Shown here: one piece after another, positions 1-9,842 of the stretch | How positions within the stretch are numbered: the stretch's first letter is position 1 | Layout: every line of letters begins with the position of its first letter | Assembly: GCA_963713865.1 (NCBI GenBank) | Contig: OY970208.1 | Span: 1,248,001-1,312,000, forward strand | DNA from: an uncultured candidate division Zixibacteria bacterium | GTDB taxonomy: Bacteria > Zixibacteria > MSB-5A5 > RBG-16-43-9 | DNA length: 64,000 nucleotides | Direction of reading: 5' to 3' | The notes under the pieces: generated by a model | Told to the model about the DNA's origin: nothing | What the model saw: only the letters and a program-made list of their open reading frames with translations | The model's database searches: none | Translations under genes and position numbers: made by a program

Positions 1-973
1 AAGATTGAACCGGATAGGGTCCTGGTTAAAGTTAAAGCCTGCTCCATTTGTGGAACGGACTTGCATATCTACAACTGGGACAACTGGGCGCAGAACCGGA
101 TTAAAACCCCGATGGTTTTCGGGCACGAATGTGCAGGTGAAGTGGTAGAGATCGGCTCACAGGTTAAAAGGGCAAAGGTGGGAGATTTCGTTTCTGCAGA
201 GACTCATATTCCTGATCAGACCTGTTATCAATGCCGAACCGGGAAGATGCATATCTGTAAAAATCTGAAAATATTGGGAGTGGATACGGATGGTGCTTTT
301 GCTGAATATATTGCCATCCCAGAACATCTGCGTTTGGAAAAATGACAAGAGTTTACCACCGGAGATTGCTTCGATTCAGGAGCCTTTCGGGAATGCCACT
401 TATACGGTAATGGAAAGCGATGTCTCCGGGAAAATAATAGCCATATTGGGTGACGGTCCAATTGGCTGTTTTGCAGTGGGGATTGCTAAAGCAGTTGGTG
501 CGGCAAAGATTTTTGCAGTGGGTGAGTTTCCTTTCAGGGTAGAGCTATTGAAAAAAATGGGTGCGGATGTGGCTTTGAGTATAAAGAAGGAAAATCCGGT
601 GGATGTGATAATGGAGCAGACTTCAGGCGAGGGTGTGGATGTGGTCCTGGAAATGACTGGCGCTCCAAAAGCAATTGAGGATGGATTTAAAATCCTGAAA
701 AAGGGTGGGACATTTACTGCTTTCGGGATTCCTTCTGATAAAATCCTTTTCGACCTGAATGCCAATGTGATTTTCAAAGGAGCGAAAATAATAGGAATAA
801 ACGGACGGTTGATGTTCAAAACCTGGTATGAGCTTTCCAATCTTTTGAATAACAAATTAGTTGACCCGACTCCGGTGATAACCCATAAGTTTCCGTTGAA
901 GGATATACAAAAAGGGTTTGATGCGCTTCTGTCACCGAATAAGGAATCGGGAAAGGTAGTGCTGTTTCCGTAG
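1..973 (+). CDS. tdh: L-threonine 3-dehydrogenase (Zn-dependent MDR family); 5' truncated by window edge, apparent +1 frameshift at about 319-325
   Basis: Frame 1 gives VKACSICGTDLHIY, GHECAGEV and the Zn-site region ETHIPDQTCYQCRTGKMHIC. The second ORF (290-973) gives QEPFGNA, GDGPIG, GINGRLMFKTWY and SGKVVL. Removing one base at CCAGAAC joins them. Confidence 0.9.
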
Positions 974-988
974 GATATTTTGTATTTC

Positions 989-1014
989 GTAGGGACAGAA
1001 CACTGTTCTGTCCT
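989..1014. repeat. GTAG-type REP-like palindrome family GTAGGGACAGAAC-N3-GTTCTGTCCCTAC
   Basis: Near-identical copies at about 989, 1818, 3640, 11679, 11717, 14887, 18883, 19945 and 55969, all intergenic. Confidence 0.85.
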
Positions 1015-1036
1015 TAAAAATATGTGATTAACCCAA

Positions 1037-1375
1037 ATGATTCATTTAATCCAAGACAAGGCATCTACTCAGCAGATAAAACAGATGCTCGAAGATCTGG
1101 AGTCCTATATCAAGGTAGCGGTGGATGTCAGGCGAGAGGTTCTGGTTGGAGGTGGTGTAATGCATGCGGATTGTGAGGCGGAGCTTTTAAGAAATGGAAG
1201 CAATCAGGAAGATATCTGGGGTGCGGATTGGATCCCAGAGACGCAAGTGGTAAATTGCACCGCTTTAATAAATATTCGCCCCAGACAAGGTAATCTGAGC
1301 ATGGAAATTCAAGACCAAGCTCTTTAGTTAAAGGTTAAATCTATCATTAAAAGATTATTAGAAAGTGAAAAATGA
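1037..1375 (+). CDS. DUF5674-like small protein; in-frame TAG at 1325-1327, reading frame continues to TGA at 1373-1375
   Basis: Motifs YIKVAVDV, GGVMHADCE, QEDIWGA and ALINIRPRQGN. Past the TAG the frame reads LKVKSIIKRLLESEK* and overlaps the next ATG (ATGA). Confidence 0.65.
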
Positions 1376-1719
1376 AGAATATTGAAGAGATTAAAACCAG
1401 ATATTTAAAAGACGGGTTACCAGTTCGATTAGGGGGGTTATCAGCTGATTTAGCTCGTATCGCATCTTTTGCTTTACGTGAAGATAATTGGAAAGTAGTA
1501 GAAACTCTATTAGAAGAGAGCAAATTTTTTATTGAATGGACTGCATCTGAAACAAATTTGGAAAAGAAAGCTTTCCTGATGGAACTTCAGATTCAATTAG
1601 CATTATGGTATAGAATCTGGTCTGAAATTTATACAGACCCTAAGAAAAGGGAAAAACTTAGCCAGCAGGCATCTTTATGGTCAAAAAAGGTTCTAGAGAT
1701 GTCAGGATTAGCTAAATAA
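1372..1719 (+). CDS. Hypothetical helical protein, partner of the DUF5674-like gene
   Basis: 115 aa ORF, translationally coupled (ATGA) to the extended upstream frame. Confidence 0.65.
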   Translation: MKNIEEIKTRYLKDGLPVRLGGLSADLARIASFALREDNWKVVETLLEESKFFIEWTASETNLEKKAFLMELQIQLALWYRIWSEIYTDPKKREKLSQQASLWSKKVLEMSGLAK

Positions 1720-1723
1720 TACT

Positions 1724-1808
1724 TTTCCCCTTAAGAGATTTCCAGAAAAAGATAGATGCGATTCTATCCCCGAATAAGGAATGTGGGAAGGTAGTGCTGT
1801 TTCAGTAG
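1724..1808 (+). repeat. Degenerate duplicate of the tdh 3' end (copy of about 890-973)
   Basis: Translates, with one indel, to FPLKDFQKKIDAILSPNKECGKVVLFQ* versus tdh FPLKDIQKGFDALLSPNKESGKVVLFP*. Both copies are followed by the same REP. Confidence 0.85.
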
Positions 1809-1943
1809 ATTTTTTCTGTAGGGACAGAACATCGTTCTGTCATAATGTTTTGTAGGAGCGTTCAATTGGACGCCCCTACAATTATAAAAGTGTCAGGAGG
1901 TAACTCCTGACACCACTTAAAAGACTATCTTATTTGGGTTTAA

Positions 1944-2531
1944 CTATTTCCTATCAGTGGTTAATCCTTCGTTTAATAGAGGTGGCAAAGGATCGTGTAT
2001 TTTACGTCTGAGAATAGCAGTGCTAATAATAAAATGTAAACCAATTACTACGATTGATAAAATAATTTGCCATTTTTGATAAAACAGATTCATATTAAAT
2101 AGTGGAAGTAGAATCAAACCATATATAGGAAGACAAAGTGCGATATTGAGTATAACATCTTTCATAAGGTATCGCCTTCTGGTAAAGTCTTTGATAACTA
2201 TCCCTTCAAGCATTTCTTCTGTTCGTTCTTTGCCGAAGTAACGAATGACAATACGATATAGGGTAAACCAACGATCTGAGATTTGTCGGAGCTTTTTATA
2301 TCTTGCCCAGAATAATGCAGAGATAATTATTAATGCTGGGATCTCAATTACAAGTGCTTGAGGTTGTTGCAGAAATTTCTGCGCAGTTTCACTTTGTAAA
2401 ACTCCAAATCCGATAGCACCAAGAACAAGTACGGCAAAATTCAACATTTGGTCTCGTTCGCGTTTTTCGGTATCTATCTCTTTTCGTGTTTGGATAAAAT
2501 ATTCTCGCAAAAATTCATTTGGTTCATTCAC
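1944..2531 (-). CDS. Hypothetical membrane protein (about 4 TM segments)
   Basis: 195 aa ORF with four hydrophobic stretches; AT-rich. Confidence 0.65.
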   Translation of the reverse strand: MNEPNEFLREYFIQTRKEIDTEKRERDQMLNFAVLVLGAIGFGVLQSETAQKFLQQPQALVIEIPALIIISALFWARYKKLRQISDRWFTLYRIVIRYFGKERTEEMLEGIVIKDFTRRRYLMKDVILNIALCLPIYGLILLPLFNMNLFYQKWQIILSIVVIGLHFIISTAILRRKIHDPLPPLLNEGLTTDRK

Positions 2532-2838
2532 TGATTGTATTCACCTTTAAAAAATGTTAGTTTCTTAGGGCAACTATGTACTAAAGACTATTTGATAATT
2601 TATTTTATTATCTGTTACTTTATGTTAGTAGAGAGATAGTCAGGAAGGTATGATACACTCCGATTTTTTAGATCATCAACGCATATCACAACTAGGGATT
2701 TTCACCATTTCTCTAAACTTCCACCATTTCTGGCTAAAGACTATCTCTCCGTATTTCAAGTTAATTAGAAAACATGAATCTCAAATCCCTCTAAAAAACT
2801 AGCCTACTAAGTATCCCTTTTGTGTATTTGTGTAATAC

Positions 2839-3480
2839 TTATCCTTTCATTGGCGGTTTGCCAGCATCGGCTAGTTTCTTATTAAGAATATCTCGTTTTC
2901 TTGCTAATTCTGCTGGCTGGACAAAATAGAAATCAAATAGACCCTCTAAAACATCCAAAAGCCATTCAGCCTCTCCTGGCTCAACGTCTACAATTTCTCC
3001 AGTATTCGTGCTTTTAATTGGATGAGCTGCAAAAGCACCGATATTTCTTACAGCGTCGATTGCCTGTGCCAAGTGCGAAGGTAATTGTTTTGATTGGAGG
3101 ACTTCATCTATTTCCTTGCTCAAATCTGATTTTTTTACTCCTGCCTTTTCCCTGAGAATATTTTGAAGACATCTACGACTCAAAGCCGCACTGGCTTTTG
3201 GACTATCAGCTATTACTAAACAAGCCTCACTATAATCTTGGGCAAAAATATCAGGTACATCTGTTGAAATTGGCGTTCTTGAAATCGCCTTTGGGTACAC
3301 CAGGAATGATTTTTTTACTAATACAAAAACATTATTTAGAGAGTTTATTAATTCTATTATGAATTTATCGCAACTTGGGCATTTCTGCCAATAAATTCTC
3401 CAAAAACGATCCTTATCTTCTCCCAAATCATGATATGTTACTTGAGGATGATAGGATTTTAAACAATGTGGGCATTTCAT
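2839..3480 (-). CDS. DUF4145 domain protein with N-terminal zinc ribbon
   Basis: CPHC...CPSC, then DYSEA...SPKASAALSRRCLQ and VRNIGAFAAHP (RxxGNxAAH-like HEPN-type motif). Confidence 0.8.
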   Translation of the reverse strand: MKCPHCLKSYHPQVTYHDLGEDKDRFWRIYWQKCPSCDKFIIELINSLNNVFVLVKKSFLVYPKAISRTPISTDVPDIFAQDYSEACLVIADSPKASAALSRRCLQNILREKAGVKKSDLSKEIDEVLQSKQLPSHLAQAIDAVRNIGAFAAHPIKSTNTGEIVDVEPGEAEWLLDVLEGLFDFYFVQPAELARKRDILNKKLADAGKPPMKG

Positions 3481-3813
3481 AGAAAATCTTCCTATTAAAA
3501 TCTAAGCTCATCTCGCCCCATCTTAACTATGGGTTATACACCATTATTTACGAAAATCCCTCAAACAAATCAAGTAATTTTTATACCCCTATTCCTTTTA
3601 ACCTGAGTGTATCTTTTCATCTGCTTCTGTGGATTCGTTATAGGACAGAACAATGTTCTGTCCCTACAAAAATAATGGTGTCAGGAGGTAACTCCTGACA
3701 TCACCTAAGAGGGTCCAATCCCTTAACCAATTTTACCCAAAAGCCATTTTCCGCAGATGGTTGGTAAGGTGTGGGGCACGGCGTGCCGTGTCCCTACAGT
3801 TTTTTTCACCCAC

Positions 3814-4539
3814 TCAATCATTTCCATAAAGGTGAATAACTATGATATTCCGGTTCTGTAATTTCCTTTTCGTCTCCTCATAATGTTTTTTCTGTAATTC
3901 TTCAAATTCCTTATAGGGAAGGTTCTTTTCATTATTCAAATATAACTTGCATAATTTATTCAACAGTTCTTCGCTTATGTTTCTGTTGTAATTCAGGCAG
4001 ACATCCACGTCAAATTGGGATGGGCTGGGGATATTAATCTGTGAATATGGTTTTGTTTGTAATAGGTCAATCTCCTTCTGGGATAAACCCTCGATTACCT
4101 GTGAGGTGAAGTGGATTCCGTAACGATCATCTTCAGGAAATTTACCATATTCACACCGGGAGACATCTGATTTACGAATCCTGGAGATCGAATTAACCTT
4201 GACCACTACCCTATCTTCATTGGCTACAGTAGAATACTTGAACCCATAATAATTATTTCCTTCAGGATAATTAATGGTTTGAATTCTTTTATAGATGGTA
4301 AGAGTATCAGAACGATACTGTTCCTTAATATGTTTCAATATTTCCTCATCGCTTAAAGATTTCAAATTATCATCATAGCTTGTTAACTGTATGAAGCATA
4401 CCAGAGAATCCCCTTTATCAAATATCAGGTTTACTTTATATCTGGCACAGGAACCAACATCTCCAGAAGAATGGTCTTGAATAAATAAGCCGAGCAGAAA
4501 GATAAAAAGGATAATATCGAATTTCAGATTAATCCTCAT
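3814..4539 (-). CDS. Hypothetical secreted protein
   Basis: 241 aa ORF with an N-terminal hydrophobic signal-like segment. Confidence 0.6.
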   Translation of the reverse strand: MRINLKFDIILFIFLLGLFIQDHSSGDVGSCARYKVNLIFDKGDSLVCFIQLTSYDDNLKSLSDEEILKHIKEQYRSDTLTIYKRIQTINYPEGNNYYGFKYSTVANEDRVVVKVNSISRIRKSDVSRCEYGKFPEDDRYGIHFTSQVIEGLSQKEIDLLQTKPYSQINIPSPSQFDVDVCLNYNRNISEELLNKLCKLYLNNEKNLPYKEFEELQKKHYEETKRKLQNRNIIVIHLYGND

Positions 4540-5086
4540 TTTAGATTCATCTCTTAATAAGAGAACGTCATTAACACCAGTTTTAAAGCCAGCCTATATC
4601 ACCTGGAGGAACTGGGCAACCACGATAATGCTATTATCCACAACATCATCCTTAAGCATAAACTATAATGATAGTATTTTATGAGAGGTTATAAACAAGT
4701 CAAGTAGTTTTTAATTTATTTCTAAAAAAATAGTTTTGAAGGATTGGGTAACCTGCTTACGAAGTCTAAGTTTACCCTTCCCTTGATTGGGGGGCAAGGG
4801 ATCGTAGCTCCCCTATCCCTCTCCCTACGGGAGAGGGAAATGACCTCACCCTGACCCTTTCCTACGAGGAGAGGAAAATTGTTTCCCTCCCCTGAAGGGG
4901 AGAGTGGGGTCAATTCAATAAAAACTAGGGCAGACACGAAGGTCTGCCCATACAAAAAATCTCAAATATTCTACAGATTTGCTATGATTTTCAAATTTTA
5001 AAAAATTCTTTATAATTATTATTAATATTTATAAAATATATTTATATATTATACATGTGAAATTAAATACAAAATCGGAGGGAAAA

Positions 5087-5893
5087 ATGAAAAAGGTAAT
5101 CGCAGGATGGATTGGTAGTTTTCTGATAGTATTTTTGATTCTCCTGAGTTGCGCTACTACTGGTCCGGGTGGTAAAAGAAGTTTCATATTGATCTCAACT
5201 AATGAAGAAATCTCTATTGGAGAGAAAATGGCTAAACAGGTGGAATCTGAAGGAAAGGTTTTAAACGACTCTCTGGTTCAAGGTTATGTTAGTCAAGTTG
5301 GGCAGAAAGTTGCCGGAATATCGGACAGAAAAGAGCTGCCTTTTCAATTCAAGGTTTTGGATTCGAAGGAGATTAATGCTTTTGCCTGTCCGGGTGGGTA
5401 TATCTACGTTTATTCCGGGCTTTTGAAAATCCTGGATGATGAAGCGGAACTGGCGGGAGTCTTATCGCATGAGATCAGCCACGTGGTGGCAAGGCACGGG
5501 GTTAAAAAATTACAGCAAGTTCTGGGCGTGCAGGTGGTTCTGTCGATTGCTCTTGGCTCAAGCAGCCAGTTAAGCAAGGATTTGGTTTCCACCTCAATAG
5601 GTGTCATTCTCCAGGGGTACAGCCGAGATAACGAGTTTGAGGCGGACCAGTTCGGGACATATTATATGGAAAAAGCAGGTTATAATCCAAACGGGATGGA
5701 AAATCTCTTAGGGAAGTTAGATAAGATGAGCGAAAAAGAACCAACTTTTTTTGAAAAGTTAGCTGCATCGCATCCTCCGACTAAAGAGAGGATGGCAAAA
5801 GTTGAAAACCAGATAAAAGGATTCGGGACAGGAGTGGAAAACCTACCTTTTAATCAAGGTGAATATGAGAAAATAAAGAAGAGGATAAAATAA
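5087..5893 (+). CDS. M48 family Zn metallopeptidase lipoprotein
   Basis: Lipobox LLSC; INAFACPGG, ELAGVLSHEISHV, YSRDNEFEAD and SHPPTKER. ATG 5087 follows GGAGG. Confidence 0.9.
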   Translation: MKKVIAGWIGSFLIVFLILLSCATTGPGGKRSFILISTNEEISIGEKMAKQVESEGKVLNDSLVQGYVSQVGQKVAGISDRKELPFQFKVLDSKEINAFACPGGYIYVYSGLLKILDDEAELAGVLSHEISHVVARHGVKKLQQVLGVQVVLSIALGSSSQLSKDLVSTSIGVILQGYSRDNEFEADQFGTYYMEKAGYNPNGMENLLGKLDKMSEKEPTFFEKLAASHPPTKERMAKVENQIKGFGTGVENLPFNQGEYEKIKKRIK

Positions 5894-6140
5894 TAACAAA
5901 TGACTGATGACGAATGATTGATGAAAGAAAAAGGAAGAAGGAAGACAAAAAAAGGAAGAACCACACCCCGATCCTTTGATGAGAAATAAAATGGAAAATA
6001 AAAGATGGAAGAAGGAAAAATGACCTCATCCCTTCCCTCTCCTAAGAGGAGAAGGGATAAATCTGAAAAAAGTAAGATAGAAGAAGGAGAATAGAAAAAC
6101 CTCTCCCGAACCCTCTCCTTAAGAAGGAGAGGGAAATTAC

Positions 6141-6596
6141 TCACCGCAAACTGAAGCTTAGATTAAGCATCATCTTTTCGCTGTCGAAGGAGCAGTAAAA
6201 TTGATATCTGGTCCGGTTTATAGCTGAAGCTATTCCCAAAAAATCCATCAATAAATCCCGGTTGCTCCAGCCTTCGCGATAGGCATCATCATATTCCTTG
6301 GCTATCCCCAAAAATGCAACCACTCCTGCTGATAAATACGGGTTGGTAACCTGAGAAAATAATTTCTGGGCTATATAACAGCCGGAGAAATGCTGCCATT
6401 TATCCGGACCCATAATATACCAGTTCTTCTCATCAACGAAATACCAGGGGTCTCTATCAGGTGAAAGCTGTTTGAAATTCCCATCTTTAGGATAGCTTTG
6501 CAACTTAAATGCAAAGCTCTGGTTAGAGAGGACTGATAGATTTAAAATCTGCAACAGGCAGATTAACGAAATAGCTATGGAAACTTTGGTTCTCAT
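6141..6596 (-). CDS. YfiM/DUF2279-like exported protein
   Basis: Signal peptide; DKWQHF, GIAKEYDD and WSNRDLLMDFLG motifs. Confidence 0.6.
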   Translation of the reverse strand: MRTKVSIAISLICLLQILNLSVLSNQSFAFKLQSYPKDGNFKQLSPDRDPWYFVDEKNWYIMGPDKWQHFSGCYIAQKLFSQVTNPYLSAGVVAFLGIAKEYDDAYREGWSNRDLLMDFLGIASAINRTRYQFYCSFDSEKMMLNLSFSLR

Positions 6597-6744
6597 TTTT
6601 CCACCTCTTTTTTTTGATAGGGGTTAGAGGTGGGAAAAACGGAAACATCAGGTTAGGGCACAGGATATCCTAATTCCATAATTTATTTTACTTGAAAAGT
6701 AGATTCATCCCTAGCCTCCGCGGTTTATTTTCACTTCAATATAG

Positions 6745-6760
6745 AGCAAATAATCTGCCT
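6745..6760 (-). promoter_or_regulatory. Possible sigma54 -24/-12 promoter for the 6596 gene
   Basis: Minus strand AGGCAGATTATTTGCT has GG-N10-GC spacing, about 150 bp upstream of the start. Confidence 0.35.
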
Positions 6761-7331
6761 TTTATCGGATATTGTCTTCTGTTTTCATAAGTTCTGACAA
6801 TTCAAGTCATTAAAGGGGAATGATAACCTGTGCAATTTTTGAATAAGTAGATTTTTATTGCATGACTTTGCAAGATTTGAGAAAAGATGGAGCTGGTTCT
6901 CCTAAAAAATGAGATGTAAGAATGAAAACGTCGGGTATAAAACCCGACACTACAATCTGATAATCTTAGAAGGAGGAAAGGATTAAGGAGACGCATTGCA
7001 ATGCGTCTCTACGATTAATTGATAATAAGGTTTTATCAATTTTCTTATCTTTTTGATGGGGAAAAAGAATTTGAAACTGTTGATAGATAATGACTGGCCT
7101 AAACCTTCAGGTTAGTATTTTTGTCAGCTCAAAGCCCGGGACAGGAGTTTAAATCCTGTCCCGGAGATAGATTAACAAAAGATCTGTTGGCCTGGAGACC
7201 AACAGGGAGCAGAGAACACATAATATGTCATTCTATGTCCACCAGAGGTAAGACGAAGAATCTCAGCAGATTCTTCAGTCGTCCCTGTAGGGGACTCCTT
7301 CAGAATGACAGGTGAGGTTAAGGAGTAATAA

Positions 7332-8582
7332 GTGGAAAATCTTTTAGGCAGAGTTGAAGCTTTTCTTTCTGAAAAAGAGATTGAGGTTTCCGATGAACTT
7401 GTGTTTCTGATAAATACCCGTATAAAACCACCAGTTCCGGTCAATAAAGAAGATATCTATATCCGGGCGATGTATTTAGTCTCGGACCAGGTCAACTCTT
7501 TTGGCGGATGTTTCCCTCTGGATGAACATCCTAAATTGGCAGAGCTGTTGGTTGATTCACCGGTATTAATTGGCCATTCTAAGGAAAAACTTCCTATTGC
7601 ACGAAACTTCAAAGCAGATTTAGTCAAAAAAGATGAAGTTAACTGGGTTAAAGTTTATTTCTACTGGTTAAAAAATTCACCTGAAGCAGACTCTTTGAAA
7701 GTAAATATCGACCACGGGATTTATAAAGAGTGTTCAATCGGCTTTTCCTTTGAATTTCCAGAATGTTCCGTCTGTGGCGAAGATATGAGGAGATGCCAGC
7801 ATATTCCTTTCCGTGCCTATGAAAAAGAAAATGGTGAGAAAACACAAGCTTTTTACAATTACCGTAATATCATCAAGGTGCATGAGACTTCTTTAGTTTA
7901 CCGGGGTGCGGTTTTCGGAACCTCGATGACGAACGAGCTTTACCTTTTTCAAAAGCACGATTGTGCAGATGGATTCTGTAAATTCAAAAGGGCATATAAA
8001 GAGTCGATTTTAGAATCCCTGAAAAAAGCCGGAATTGAAAAAGAGGTCAAACTGGTAGGGGATATAGAGGAGAAAGGATACTCTGATAATAAAATAGAGC
8101 TTTGCTGCGAAAATAACTTAGAGGAAAAGATTTTAAATTCTATCCCTCAAATTTTCAAGGACAGGATCTGTTTCGTAAGCGAAGAAAAAATAGAAAAGGA
8201 TAAAACTCAGTCTGTGAGATTTATTTTATATCAAATACCACTTTCAGAGCAAAACCATCCGGAGGAAAACACAGTCGAGTGTAATTTAATATTTGAAGGA
8301 GCAGAGGTTACAACTGTTATTTGTATCCATCGATTGAATATGGAAAAACTTGAAAAGGGGAGAAGGTTTCTTTGTGACTTCAAGGATTTTTCTAAGATTA
8401 TAAAGTCTGAATCAGGAGAGGTTTTGGACACAGGAGAATATCAGACTGCAGAGGGGAACAAAGAATTTTTCAGGTTTAAATTAGAGGGAGAGATTTTAAA
8501 TGGGGTCTATTTTGCAAGAAAGATAAAGCTGAAGGATCAGGATAGATGGTTATTTTTCAAGAGGATGGCAGAACATATTTAA
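7332..8582 (+). CDS. Phage prohead-protease-like protein with extra C-terminal domains
   Basis: SDQVNSFGGCF...LAELLVDSPVLIGH...IDHGIYKECSIGF...CSVCGED...CQHIP...VHETSLVYRGA resembles protease-like head genes that accompany this capsid type. The C-terminus resembles a degenerate LigD phosphoesterase domain. AGGAG RBS precedes the GTG. Confidence 0.7.
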   Translation: MENLLGRVEAFLSEKEIEVSDELVFLINTRIKPPVPVNKEDIYIRAMYLVSDQVNSFGGCFPLDEHPKLAELLVDSPVLIGHSKEKLPIARNFKADLVKKDEVNWVKVYFYWLKNSPEADSLKVNIDHGIYKECSIGFSFEFPECSVCGEDMRRCQHIPFRAYEKENGEKTQAFYNYRNIIKVHETSLVYRGAVFGTSMTNELYLFQKHDCADGFCKFKRAYKESILESLKKAGIEKEVKLVGDIEEKGYSDNKIELCCENNLEEKILNSIPQIFKDRICFVSEEKIEKDKTQSVRFILYQIPLSEQNHPEENTVECNLIFEGAEVTTVICIHRLNMEKLEKGRRFLCDFKDFSKIIKSESGEVLDTGEYQTAEGNKEFFRFKLEGEILNGVYFARKIKLKDQDRWLFFKRMAEHI

Positions 8583-8743
8583 GAGTTTAAAGGTACAAGG
8601 ATAAAGGACCTCACCCTCACCCTCTCCTAAAGAAGAATATGGATATAATAAATTAAAGATTAAAGATGAATAACCTCACTACCATATAAGAGATTAAGCG
8701 ACTCTGAAAGGGTCGCACTACGAAAACAAAAAAAGAATAAAAG

Positions 8744-9034
8744 ATGAGCGACAACAATAAAATTTTTTCAAAGGTTCAGCTGTTTCAATTTCTGATAACT
8801 TTCTTCGTTACTGTTTTCGGGGTTCTGACTGCTTATTATACTACCATCGCCGGGATCAAATTAGATTTAGCCCACAAGGCTGAAGTACAGATTGTAAATG
8901 AGCTGGATAAAAGACTTTCTAATTTAGAGCTTTTGTTAAAAGAGAATTTTATGACCAAAAAGGAGTTCTTCGAGCTGAAGGATCAGATCAACCAGAGACT
9001 GCTTAAGATTGAAATGAGATTAGAAAATAAATAA
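8744..9034 (+). CDS. Small single-TM coiled-coil protein (phage-like membrane protein)
   Basis: 96 aa; hydrophobic residues about 10-37, then a leucine heptad coiled coil. Confidence 0.6.
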   Translation: MSDNNKIFSKVQLFQFLITFFVTVFGVLTAYYTTIAGIKLDLAHKAEVQIVNELDKRLSNLELLLKENFMTKKEFFELKDQINQRLLKIEMRLENK

Positions 9035-9206
9035 AGGTTTGAAAGTTACAGGGGAAAAAGAAAAGACGTGGCCGTGACTCGTATATCGTAACCGTAGGGA
9101 AAGAAGAAGATGGAAAAAGGGAATAGGGACAGGTATTAGTCTTAAGTCTAAAGTCCTAAAAAATCATAGATATAACAATTATGAAGAACTTAAAAAAGGA
9201 GCAAGA

Positions 9207-9623
9207 ATGGAGATATTAGTACTGATTCAAAATTTAAAAGAACAAGCTGAGAGGATAAAAGAGTCCAGATTTGAGGAGATAGATTTTGACAGGCTGGAGC
9301 AAAACCTAAATCTGGCTTCGGAAATGTTGAGAAAAATGAAGGAAAAAGATAAAACCGCAGAAAATATCTTGGATGATTTTAAAACGGAGATAAAAAGGAT
9401 TGCTCTTTCTCTCTCAAGGCTTAAAGGGGATAACTCAAATCTGGAGCTAATTGAGAAGTATCTCTCTGACCCGGATTTAGATTATGATGAACTCTGCCTT
9501 TTAAAAACAAAGCTTAAATCAGAATTCGATAAAAACCTCCCCAGCGCTCCACTGTCTAAGACCAGCTATAATTTTTTTAAAGAGAAGAAAGCGAAAGATA
9601 AAATCGAGGAGTTTAAGGTTTAA
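9207..9623 (+). CDS. Putative capsid scaffolding protein
   Basis: Charged helical protein ending LKSEFDKNLPSAPL...KIEEFKV, like the scaffold tail normally fused to or following the prohead protease. AAGGAG RBS. Confidence 0.5.
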   Translation: MEILVLIQNLKEQAERIKESRFEEIDFDRLEQNLNLASEMLRKMKEKDKTAENILDDFKTEIKRIALSLSRLKGDNSNLELIEKYLSDPDLDYDELCLLKTKLKSEFDKNLPSAPLSKTSYNFFKEKKAKDKIEEFKV

Positions 9624-9842
9624 ATCAATAAGTGACGAATATCTGATGACTGATGGTGGATGGATATTGAGTTCTACATTTGTCAGACTAAAAGTCTGAC
9701 TTATCAGAGGAATCTCTTCCCAGCCCTCTACTTGAAAAGGAGAGGGGGATGACTTCACCCCTGCCTATAGCAGGATTTTCAACCTAATCCCCTCTTGAGA
9801 GTAGATAAATAGCATCATCAGGGATGATGCACTCCATAATTG

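Noticed and set aside
1325-1327. Stop-codon recoding (TAG here; TAA at 39368-39370)
   Set aside because: Many genes here end normally in TAG or TAA, and no recoding machinery is visible. Point error or mutation is more likely.
1944-4539. Integron cassette array
   Set aside because: No convincing attC (RYYYAAC...GTTRRRY) structures and no integrase were found.
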